Shown one piece after another: positions 28,101-37,394 of a stretch of DNA of 64,000 bases. A program made the position numbers and the translations under genes. The notes under the pieces were generated by a model, which made no database searches, was not told the origin of the DNA, and was given only the letters and a program-made list of their open reading frames with translations. Origin of the DNA: an uncultured Planctomycetaceae bacterium (GTDB taxonomy: Bacteria; Planctomycetota; Planctomycetia; Pirellulales; Thermoguttaceae); the NCBI GenBank assembly GCA_964438515.1, contig CAYTLK010000003.1, forward strand, positions 20,195 to 84,194. The letters run 5' to 3'. Within the stretch, counting starts at the first letter, position 1. The number at the start of each line of letters is the position of its first letter.

Positions 28101-31100
28101 TATTCGACTCTAATTTATGCCGCAGCGCAGGAACGAGCCGGGAAGTTTCCTCCACAACCGACATCAATCCTTTGAACTGAAAGCGAAACTGAAACGCCTC
28201 CGCATCGACCTGGAACCAGCGCTCTCCCGTTCCTCTCTGCAAAATTTTCCGAAAACGCGGCGCAAGATCCTCGTACGGCACATCCATCGGGACTTCCATT
28301 TCCGTACAAAAAGATTTCATCATTTCAGCCGCTATCGGTCCGGCAGACGGCGTCCAAATGGCGATTGCACCTTCGGAAAGCGTCCATTTCGGATTCCTCA
28401 GGAGTAAATTTGGGTTTACACCATTCTGCACCCCCAGCCCCTCGCACGTCGGACACCAACCCAAAGCGGTATTAAACGAAAAATTATTGGGCGCAAGCGT
28501 CTCGAAACTGCGTCCGCACTGGTCGCACACATTATGTAGACTGTGCGTTTTCGACTTCCACCGCGTCTGCGGCTTGAAATCGTCCACTTCGAGCACAATC
28601 ATCGTTCCGTTTCCCATATCGAGCGTCTGCTCGATGCTTTCCGCAATCCGACTTCGGTTCTTTTTATCGTTGCGTATTTCAATTCGATCCACCACGACTT
28701 CCACGTCGTGCTTCCTCAAACGATCGATTTCCGGCACATCATCCAGATTGTAAATCATCCCGTCGATACGCACACGCACGAATCCGCTGCGCCGAAGCTC
28801 CTCCCAAAGCGTTTCGTAACGATGACCGATCGTGATTTCGCGCGACGCCAAAAGCATGAGCCGAGTTCCTGCCGGATGCTTCATCACACGCGCCACAATT
28901 TCGTCCGTCGTCTGCGAACCGATGGGAATCTGACAGTCCGGACAGTACGGCGTCCCGAGACGCGCCATCAGAATGCGCAAATAATCGTAAATTTCCGTCA
29001 CCGTCCCGACCGTCGAACGCGGACTCTGACTCATACGTTTCTGTTCGATTGCAATCGCAGGCGCAAGACCTTCAATCCGTTCCACATGAGGCTTCTGCAT
29101 CTGACCGACGAACTGACGCGCGTAACTCGAAAGACTCTCGACGTAGCGCCTCTGTCCCTCTGCATACACGGTATCCATCGCGAGTGAACTCTTTCCAGAA
29201 CCGCTCGGACCGCAGCAAACCGTCAAAGCGTCACGCGGAATATCGAGTGAAATGTGCTTCAAATTGTGCTGGCTCGCATCTTCCACATGAATACAGTTCG
29301 GATGTTTTTCCTCATTTTCGGCCTCCGATGCGGCTGCGGAAGCGAGCGACGTCGGAACGGAACCCTTTTTCCCCTTCGAATCTTGATTTTCGTCCGAATT
29401 TTCTTTTGAGATTGAAAGCATTCTTTCCACCTCAAGTTTCTGAGCCTCAATCGCCTCTTCCGTGTTGCGCTGCGCCGGAGGAATCAACATTTTTTTGAGA
29501 GCGGCGGCCGTGTAGGAACGTTTGTTTTTCACCACGTCTTTGGGTGTGCCGCACACGACGACTTCACCGCCGGCGTTTCCTCCTTCAAGCCCCAAATCAA
29601 TAATCCAGTCGGCCGTTTTCACGACATCGAGATTGTGTTCGACGACCACCACCGTATTTCCAGCGTCCGCGAAATTGTGCAGCACCTTCAGCAGCTGTTC
29701 AATATCGGCAAAATGCAGCCCCGTAGTGGGTTCGTCGAGGATGTACATCGTGCGTCCCGTACTGATTTTTACGAGTTCCCGCGCGAGTTTCACCCGCTGC
29801 GCCTCACCCCCGGAAAGAGTCGGCGAGGGCTGACCGATTTTCATATAATCGAGACCGACGGAATGAAGCGTCAGAAGTTTCTGATAGACGCGCGGCACAT
29901 TTTCGAACAACTCCATCGCCTGCTGAACGTCCATTTCCAAGACGTCCGCAATGGAATGTCCCTTAAAAAGAACCTGGAGCGTTTCGTAATTGAAGCGTTT
30001 TCCGCCGCAAACGGGACACGTGACCCACACGTCGGCAAGAAAATCCATCTCGAGCTTCGTCGCGCCGTATCCCTGACACGCCTCGCAGCGTCCGCCGTCC
30101 ACATTAAAGCTGAATCGTCCCGGTTTAAACCCTCTTTGTTTGGATTCCGGAAGTTCCGCAAACATCATCCGAATTTCATCGAAAAGTTTGATGTACGTTG
30201 CGGGATTGCTCCTCGGCGTCCGTCCAATGGGCGACTGGTCGATGGAAATCATCTTGTTCAAATGTTCCAGCCCCTCAATCGAATCGTACGCGCCGGGCGT
30301 TCCGATACCGTGATTCAAGTCGCGATGAAGAATCTCCTTCAAAACTCCATTGATGAGCGAGCTTTTTCCCGACCCGCTCACTCCCGTGACGCAGATGAAT
30401 TTTCCGAGCGGAAATTCCACATCAATGTGCTTCAAATTATGATGGGCCGCACCGCGAATTACGAGTTTTTCACCCGTTCCTTCCCGCGGAGTTTTCACCA
30501 CAGGAATGCTGCGCCTTCCGGAGAGAAACTGTCCCGTAAGACTCTCTTCCGAGTTCAAAATATCCTGAATCGAGCCTTCCACAACGACGTTTCCGCCGTG
30601 AACGCCTGCGCCGGGACCGAAATCAATGATTTTGTCCGCAAAACGCATCGTATCCTCATCGTGTTCCACTACAACGACAGTATTTCCGAGGTCCCGCAGG
30701 TGCTTGAGAGTTCCGAGAAGCCGATTATTGTCGCGCGGATGCAGCCCAATGGAAGGTTCATCCAAAATATACAGCACGCCGACCAAACCGCTTCCGATCT
30801 GGCTCGCGAGCCGAATCCGCTGCAGCTCACCGCCTGAAAGCGTCGGTGCCGTCCGGGAAAGCGAGAGGTATTCAAGCCCCACATCCGCCAGAAAACCAAG
30901 CCGATTTCGAATTTCGTGCAAAATATCTTTCGCGATGAATTTTCCAGTGGCGTCCAAATCCAGTTCCCGGAAGAACTGTATAACTTCCGAAATTGGAAGC
31001 CAACCGAGTTCCGGGAGAGAAAGCTCTTTTTTGTCGGAACAACTCCTGATTTTGACCGATCGCGCCTGCGGATTGAGCCTCTCCCCCTTGCAGAAACCGC

Positions 31101-32382
31101 ATGTACAAACGTTCATGAATTTCTCAAGATAGCGCTTCTGAATTCGGCTGTTTGTCGTCCGATAGGTGGAAAGGAGCTGCGGAATAATTCCCTCAAACGT
31201 TCCTCCCAGATTCGACCCCGCAGTCGTGTTGCGCCACGAAAAAGCGATATTCGCGTTTCCGGTTCCGTACAGCAGTCCCTCCTGCATCTCTTCGGGGAGC
31301 TTGCGCCACTGCGTGTCCAAAACGGATTTGTACGTCATCTGATACTGCGGGTAGGTCCGCGCGAGATACTCGGCGACGCAGCGATATTGTACGTGTTTCC
31401 AGCGTCCCAAATCATCCCAAAGCCCCACCGTCGCAACGGCTCCGCGCCGAAAAGATTTTTGCGGATTGGGAATGAGCCGTTCCGGGTCGAACGTGTAAAT
31501 TTCCCCCAAACCGTTGCATTCCAAGCACATTCCCTGCGGCGAATTGAAACTGAAAAGCTGCGGCGAGGGCGGTTCAAACCCCAGCTGACACTCCGTACAG
31601 GCGTACTCGCTCGAAAGCATCATCTCCTCGAACGGTTCCTGCTCCGCCTCCAGATCGGGCGCAACGATGAGCGAGTTGTTTCCAATGTGCAGCGCCGACT
31701 CCACCGCCTCCGCAAGACGCGACTGTACTTCGGGATGAAGCGTAATTCGATCCACCACAATGTCGATGTTGTGCCGCAGCTGCCGATCCAGACGCAGTTC
31801 CTCTGTAAGTTTTACCACCTGACCGTCCACGCGGGCACGCAAAAACCCCTGACGAAGAAGGTCGCGAAACAAATCTTTAAACTCCCCCTTCTGTCCCCGA
31901 ACCCGCGGCGCCAGCAGAAGCAGCTTCGTTTCCTCCGGAAGCATCTGAATTTGTGCAAGAATCTGAGGGCGCGTCTGTGCCGTAATTTTCCGACCGCAAT
32001 GAGGACAGTAACCCGTTCCGACCCGCGAATACAACACTCGAAGATAGTCGTAAATTTCCGTAATGGTCCCCACCGTCGAACGCGGATTTTGCCCGGTCGT
32101 CTTCTGCGCGATGGAAATCGCCGGCCGTAAATGCGTTATAAAATCAACGTCCGGCTTCGGCATCTGACCCAAAAATTGACGTGCGTAACTCGAAAGACTC
32201 TCGACGTAGCGCCTCTGCCCCTCCGCATACAGTGTATCGAATGCAAGCGAGCTTTTTCCACTGCCGCTCACGCCCGTAAAACAAATGAGTTGGTTGCACG
32301 GAAGCTCAACCTCTACATTTTGAAGGTTGTGCTCCCTGGCCCCTTTGATATGAATATCCTGTATCGACATGAATTTGAACAA
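25153..32382 (-). CDS. uvrA: tandem-fused double UvrA (excinuclease ABC subunit A x2) with an additional C-terminal domain, 2,409 aa
   Basis: Four Walker-A loops (GVSGSGKSS x3, GPSGSGKSS) and four ABC signatures ([52 protein letters not shown]). There are two UvrA N-terminal starts ([14 protein letters not shown] and [13 protein letters not shown], each followed by [18 protein letters not shown]). Cys4 zinc modules occur in both halves. An alternative start is at 32370 (MSIQDI). Confidence 0.9.
   Translation of the reverse strand: [2409 protein letters not shown]
25156..26259 (-). other. unassigned C-terminal domain of the UvrA fusion (about 368 aa)
   Basis: [10 protein letters not shown]...[13 protein letters not shown]...[15 protein letters not shown]...[11 protein letters not shown]...[14 protein letters not shown]. 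It is Trp-rich and carries no ABC or zinc-finger motif. Confidence 0.6.
26260..29307 (-). other. UvrA unit 2 (about aa 1026-2041), with a low-complexity insert at 27289..27492
   Basis: Second complete UvrA architecture from [15 protein letters not shown] to [27 protein letters not shown]. It is preceded by a ~60-aa E/K/S-rich linker (29308..29484). Confidence 0.8.
29485..32370 (-). other. UvrA unit 1 (about aa 5-966 of the fusion)
   Basis: Complete UvrA architecture from GAREHNL to [27 protein letters not shown]. Coordinates were derived by counting residues and are good to within a few codons. Confidence 0.8.
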
Positions 32383-32553
32383 ATTCTCTTTGATTGCATA
32401 CGTATTTAAAATAATGTATATTATACGGAGAAAAGTACCTCACGTCAACGTTAGAACAGGAAAATTCTGTAAATTTTATAAGAAGTTTTCGAAAATATTT
32501 TAAAATAAGCGAAATACACACTTTTGGCAAAGTATGATTCTCGCAACTTATTT

Positions 32554-33360
32554 TCAGAGAATCAGAGGTTCGTGTGTCCGTAAAATTTCTACCCCTGCGT
32601 CCGTCAGCTGCCGCGAGACTCGCCGCGTTGCATCGTCTCGGCTCATTCCCGGATTTTCATCGCACAGAGTCTGCAAAAAACCTTTTCTGGAATGTCCCAC
32701 AAGAATCGGAAGACCCAGCGCATGAAACCGTGAAATATTCCGCACGAGCGTCCAATTTTGTTCCTTCGTTTTTCCAAACCCCACCCCCGGGTCGGCCAAA
32801 AGTTTCTGACGATCAATCCCCGCCGCCAAAAGTGCGTCCCTCCGAGCGGCTAAATACGCAAAAACTTCTTCCGTTACATCTTCATACTGCGGGTTTTTCT
32901 GCATCGTTTTGGGCGTTCCCTGCATGTGCATAAAACAGAGCGCCGCTCCCGATTTCACCGCCGCTTCAATCATTCTCGGATCTTCAGCCCCTGAAATATC
33001 GTTGAGGATTTCCACCCCCAGCGCCGCTGCAAATTCCGCCGTTTCCGGATGGTACGTATCCACCGACAGAAGCGGTTTCGCACGTCCTTCCGACGCACAA
33101 CGCGCATAAATTCCTCGAATGACCGGCTCGATCCGACGAATTTCCTCTTCATACGACACCGGGTCGCATCCCGGACGCGTACTTTCGCCCCCTACATCCA
33201 GAATATCCGCACCTTTCGCAAGAAGCGTCATCGCGTGACCCACGACGTCTTTGCGCCCTCCGTCTGAAAACGAGTCCGGCGTCGCGTTCACAATCCCCAT
33301 CCAAAGTGTACGAGAAACAAAAACTGTACGGTAATTTGTTTTTAATTCAAAATTTATCAT
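32554..33360 (-). CDS. folP: dihydropteroate synthase
   Basis: GIVNATPDSFSDGG, ILDVGGESTRPG and DPGVGFGKT. The start ATG overlaps the stop of the upstream gene (ATGA at 33357-33360). Confidence 0.9.
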   Translation of the reverse strand: MINFELKTNYRTVFVSRTLWMGIVNATPDSFSDGGRKDVVGHAMTLLAKGADILDVGGESTRPGCDPVSYEEEIRRIEPVIRGIYARCASEGRAKPLLSVDTYHPETAEFAAALGVEILNDISGAEDPRMIEAAVKSGAALCFMHMQGTPKTMQKNPQYEDVTEEVFAYLAARRDALLAAGIDRQKLLADPGVGFGKTKEQNWTLVRNISRFHALGLPILVGHSRKGFLQTLCDENPGMSRDDATRRVSRQLTDAGVEILRTHEPLIL

Positions 33361-34082
33361 TTCTTTTTTTTGTTCACCATTTTCCCGACCTGTCGTCCCG
33401 CCACCCGGCTCAACGCACGAAACATCACATTTTTCGCTTGAGGTCCGCGCACGTCCGACTTCGACTTTTCCGAGGTTTTCTGTTCCGTTTTCGCCTCTTT
33501 CTTTGGCGCATCGTCTTTTTGCGATTCTTCCTTTTGCGCATCGTCATTTTGCGCCGCGTTTTGAGATTTTTCCTCTTTTTCGGTTTTTTCAGTTTTTTCA
33601 GTTTTTTTGCCGAACGCCGTCTCTTTCGATTCCTCTTCCTGCGTATTTTCGCGCAAGTTTTCACGCACAGCGTCACTCACGGTCTCAATCACCGTTTCCC
33701 GCACCGCATCGCGTACAGATTTCATATTTTTCAGGCTCGAATGAAGCACCCGCCACGATTTGGGACGATACTTTCCCCGGGCAAATGGAGAATTCAAAAA
33801 CATCAGCAGCACCGAAGCGGGAACCGCAAATTTCAGCAGGAACGGTCTCCACGCAACTACAGCCGCCGCCAGCGGAAGCCAGCCGATGTACGTCCAGCGC
33901 GGAAGCTTAACGATGCGTTTCCAAAAACACCAGAAAAAAAACAGCATGAACGAAGTGCGCCAGCAAATCGTTGCGTAAATCGTAATTTTCAGATGATTCT
34001 GGAAATAAATATACATTCCGATCATCAGAATCAGAATGCTGCAAATACCAAAAACAAAACGGAGGATTCGGGAATATTTCAT
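33357..34082 (-). CDS. hypothetical membrane protein with Lys/Glu-rich tail
   Basis: Hydrophobic N-terminal half with about 4 predicted TM segments (ILRFVFGICSILILMIGMYIYF...), then KTEKTEKTEKEEK-type low complexity. It is translationally coupled to folP. Confidence 0.5.
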   Translation of the reverse strand: MKYSRILRFVFGICSILILMIGMYIYFQNHLKITIYATICWRTSFMLFFFWCFWKRIVKLPRWTYIGWLPLAAAVVAWRPFLLKFAVPASVLLMFLNSPFARGKYRPKSWRVLHSSLKNMKSVRDAVRETVIETVSDAVRENLRENTQEEESKETAFGKKTEKTEKTEKEEKSQNAAQNDDAQKEESQKDDAPKKEAKTEQKTSEKSKSDVRGPQAKNVMFRALSRVAGRQVGKMVNKKKK

Positions 34083-34207
34083 AGTACAACCATCTTAAAA
34101 AACATACGTTATTCTATTTTTTCAAATTTATTTTCTATTTAAACCGTCAAAAATTCATATGAATTCATCTGAATTCAATCTGCAATCATTTCAACATCAT
34201 TTCAACA

Positions 34208-37200
34208 TTATTTTAAAGGTCGAATCTGGACGTCATCCACGAAAGCCGTCCCGTAACCATTCATTGAAATTGTAATATACACCGGTTTTTCATTTTTTAC
34301 AATACGTTGGAACGAAATTTTTTGCCATCCGTTCGTCTGCAGGACCCGTTCGGCCAAAACATCGCCGGAATTGGAGTCGGTAATTTTCAGTCCGTCGATG
34401 GAATTCACGAGTCTCGCAGGAATATTCACCCACGCTTCCACTTCGTACACCGTCCCGGACGGTCCCGCAAAGACGGGGGGACTCTGAAGCATAATGGGCG
34501 GCGAATCAAACATCATCGGCGCCGTTTTTCGATCGATCGGACGAATTTCAAATTTTACACCCAAATTTCCGCTGTGCGCCGCCTCTGGAAGCACATCCGT
34601 GCGCGTTGTAATTCCCGCATACGCATTGATTTTCTGGAAGTGGCGCCATCCAAAACGCGGAATCTGTTCGAGATCCTCAAACCCTCCCATCGGCAAAATA
34701 TTTTCGGAGGGCTGCATCCCGTCCAGCGCGCGGAGCCATTTTTCCTGCAGACGCAGCGTCCGAAACGAGACGCCGGAAGGCTGAAAATTCGGCGAGGGAA
34801 AACGTGTGGTCCGTTCCTTCCAAAGACGGCGTTCCATGTACGCAATGGGACGCATCGCCCGCTGCGCAAGCACAAACGCATCCGCATATTCATGATTGTA
34901 CAACGCTTTTCCCGCACCCTCCAAATAGATTTTCGCACGTTCGTACCACATCGCTTCGTTTCCTTTCAGATCGCTCGTTCCGTGAAACTGGAGGTACGAA
35001 CGGAGCCGCATTTCCGCAAGTTCTTTCATCAATTGCGCCAGTCGCGGTGCATATCGGGCCGCACGCGCTGAAATGCTATTAATAATGAGCGAGTTCTGCG
35101 TCATTACAATCGTCGTCACGAGCGGAAGTTCGTCGAGTTCCACCTTCACGCCTCCTGCGGTGCGTCGGTTCGGAATCGGCGAGAGTCCGTTGAGCGAGTA
35201 CTGCCAGCACTGGTACGTTTCCGGAAGTCCGCGAATCAGAAACTCAATTTTCCGTTCCGCACCCGCGCCGCAGACGTACTGCGCCCCCTGTTCGAGCATC
35301 AAGGGAATTAAAATTCGTACATGATTCGTAACGAGCAGCGCGCCCGCAACATCAGGATGGTTCGACGGAAGCGTCGTAAATTTGTCGCCCTGCGAAATCC
35401 ACTGTTCGAGAATCAAAAGTTCCAAATTCACGAGCGTGAGCGACTTTGCGCGAAAAACCGTTTCTTCATCCGAAGCGTCCAAACGGGAGGAACTTTCGTA
35501 CAAAATTCCTCGACTCCCCGCCATCACGACGTTGTACGTAAAAAGCCGAATCTGTTCCAGCGGGAGTGAATCCGGTACAAAATTCACATCATCGGGTGCC
35601 GCACCATAATCCGTCTTTGAATTCTTCACGCCGGCCGCCATTTGCCGCCACTGGTCGCGCAGAAGAGGGTCGAACTGCGTCGGAACGCGTGCAAAAATCG
35701 ATTGTCGGGCGCGGACCATATTCAGCATTTCACGAAACCAAAGTCCGTACGAAACGAAACTCATCGTGGAATTCAAAGGACTGCGTTCGAACATCATCAC
35801 ATCGTAAATCGAGTCGTAAAGATTGAAATCTTTGTCGGGAATCACAATGTTGGGGCGCAGCGGAAGCTGATTTTCCGGAATCTGATGCAGGAGCGACATT
35901 TGCTGACGCGCAAAATCGACGGGCGTGCGCAGCGTCGGTTCCAGCGTTTTGTTTTGCCGCAGCTCTCCCAGCGTCGGCGTCCGACCCATATCCCACAGCA
36001 AAACGCGGTTAAAAAGCCGGTTTAAGGTGCGCGCCCCATCCACGATTTGCGACGGATCCGCATTCAAATTCGTCAGATTTACCGGAGGAGGACAAATAAA
36101 CCACATTTTCAAAAGCGCCGCCTCCGCCTCCATCGTACGCGTTGGGGGTTCTTCAAGCCAAACGGTATTAAATCCCAAAGAATGCAAGAATTCCAGCGAC
36201 TCACCATGATGACGAATCGCACGAACGAAAATCGGTTTTTTATCGACGGTGATGATGGAGTGCTGCATCTCAACCTGATGACGCGCCGGCTGATACTGCG
36301 CCACCGCTGCAGGATTCAGTGAAACCGCCTCCGGATTGAATTCGGAATCCGCGTCTGCATTTTCAGCTCCGGAACCACTGAACGTTCCGCTTCCGCCCGT
36401 ACTCGTTCCACCAGCACCCGTTCCACCCGCATTCGTTCCATTCGTACTTGATTCATTCAGAACCGCTTCGACGTCATTCGGACGGTCGGAACCCGCAGAA
36501 AAATCCCGCCCCGCAGCGGGTGCGTACTGCTGCGCGACGTCCCTCGGAACGGACGCCGCAGGAGCGTTTCCGACCGGATTTTGCCGTTCCTGATTCAACG
36601 CAGGAAAATCGCGCGGAATCGAAGAATTCTGTTCGATATTCGTTAAAGGAGCCTGAGTTCTCGTCATTTCTACCGCCCCGGAGATTTCAAGCAGATCCAT
36701 GTACACATCCACTTTTCCCGCCCCGGTAAAAACATTCAGCACAATATGGTCTAAAAACGCGTCCCGGACATCGAATTTTACCCGATCCCCAAGTTCGTAC
36801 TGACGGCGCGTCACCTCCCGATTCAAAATTTGGTCGATATTTTCGATTCGGAGTTTCTGCCACCGATTGACCGACGAATACGTTCCGCCAGCCACAAGCA
36901 GCGCGATCGGCTTTCCCGTTTCCGGGTCGATAGAATACGGAAGCACCACTCTCGCCAGCATTTGGATGCCGCTGCGATTGGAACGCACCCCCATTCCAAT
37001 CTGAAGCGACGAAGAAATTCGGAGAATTTTGGTAGGATACGCAATATACGCAGAGTCTCCGGCACTTTGACATTCCACCCTGCAATGCTCGCAACCCGTT
37101 CCCGACAGCGCGTTTTCCTTTTCACGCGCCCTCACCGTGAGTGTATGGGTGCAATTTCCTCCGAAATCGCGCCACATCGGCATTTCGGTCTCAAAATCGT

Positions 37201-37372
37201 CCGCCACATGCTGCGGTTCCGGCACAGCGACAGACTGCGAAGCGGCGTAAGAAACAAGGAACAAAAAACAAACCAAAAATCCCATTCCCCTCAAGAAAAC
37301 CCAAAAGTTCCAAAATGCGAGCTGTCGCATTGGGTTCCAAACGTTCGGAAAGTGAAAATGGGAAAATTTCAT
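34208..37372 (-). CDS. large conserved-looking hypothetical protein (about 1,050 aa), N-terminal membrane/signal segment
   Basis: Long uninterrupted frame. The start is uncertain (37372 MKFSHF or 37330 MRQLAF). The first 26 codons of the tracked ORF lie inside repeat R1-B and are not credible. A hydrophobic segment FLVCFLFLVSYAASQS is present, with a central G/T/S/N-rich linker. No catalytic motif was recognised. Confidence 0.55.
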   Translation of the reverse strand: MKFSHFHFPNVWNPMRQLAFWNFWVFLRGMGFLVCFLFLVSYAASQSVAVPEPQHVADDFETEMPMWRDFGGNCTHTLTVRAREKENALSGTGCEHCRVECQSAGDSAYIAYPTKILRISSSLQIGMGVRSNRSGIQMLARVVLPYSIDPETGKPIALLVAGGTYSSVNRWQKLRIENIDQILNREVTRRQYELGDRVKFDVRDAFLDHIVLNVFTGAGKVDVYMDLLEISGAVEMTRTQAPLTNIEQNSSIPRDFPALNQERQNPVGNAPAASVPRDVAQQYAPAAGRDFSAGSDRPNDVEAVLNESSTNGTNAGGTGAGGTSTGGSGTFSGSGAENADADSEFNPEAVSLNPAAVAQYQPARHQVEMQHSIITVDKKPIFVRAIRHHGESLEFLHSLGFNTVWLEEPPTRTMEAEAALLKMWFICPPPVNLTNLNADPSQIVDGARTLNRLFNRVLLWDMGRTPTLGELRQNKTLEPTLRTPVDFARQQMSLLHQIPENQLPLRPNIVIPDKDFNLYDSIYDVMMFERSPLNSTMSFVSYGLWFREMLNMVRARQSIFARVPTQFDPLLRDQWRQMAAGVKNSKTDYGAAPDDVNFVPDSLPLEQIRLFTYNVVMAGSRGILYESSSRLDASDEETVFRAKSLTLVNLELLILEQWISQGDKFTTLPSNHPDVAGALLVTNHVRILIPLMLEQGAQYVCGAGAERKIEFLIRGLPETYQCWQYSLNGLSPIPNRRTAGGVKVELDELPLVTTIVMTQNSLIINSISARAARYAPRLAQLMKELAEMRLRSYLQFHGTSDLKGNEAMWYERAKIYLEGAGKALYNHEYADAFVLAQRAMRPIAYMERRLWKERTTRFPSPNFQPSGVSFRTLRLQEKWLRALDGMQPSENILPMGGFEDLEQIPRFGWRHFQKINAYAGITTRTDVLPEAAHSGNLGVKFEIRPIDRKTAPMMFDSPPIMLQSPPVFAGPSGTVYEVEAWVNIPARLVNSIDGLKITDSNSGDVLAERVLQTNGWQKISFQRIVKNEKPVYITISMNGYGTAFVDDVQIRPLK

Positions 37373-37394
37373 TCTGCTGAAAAAACAAAAAACC

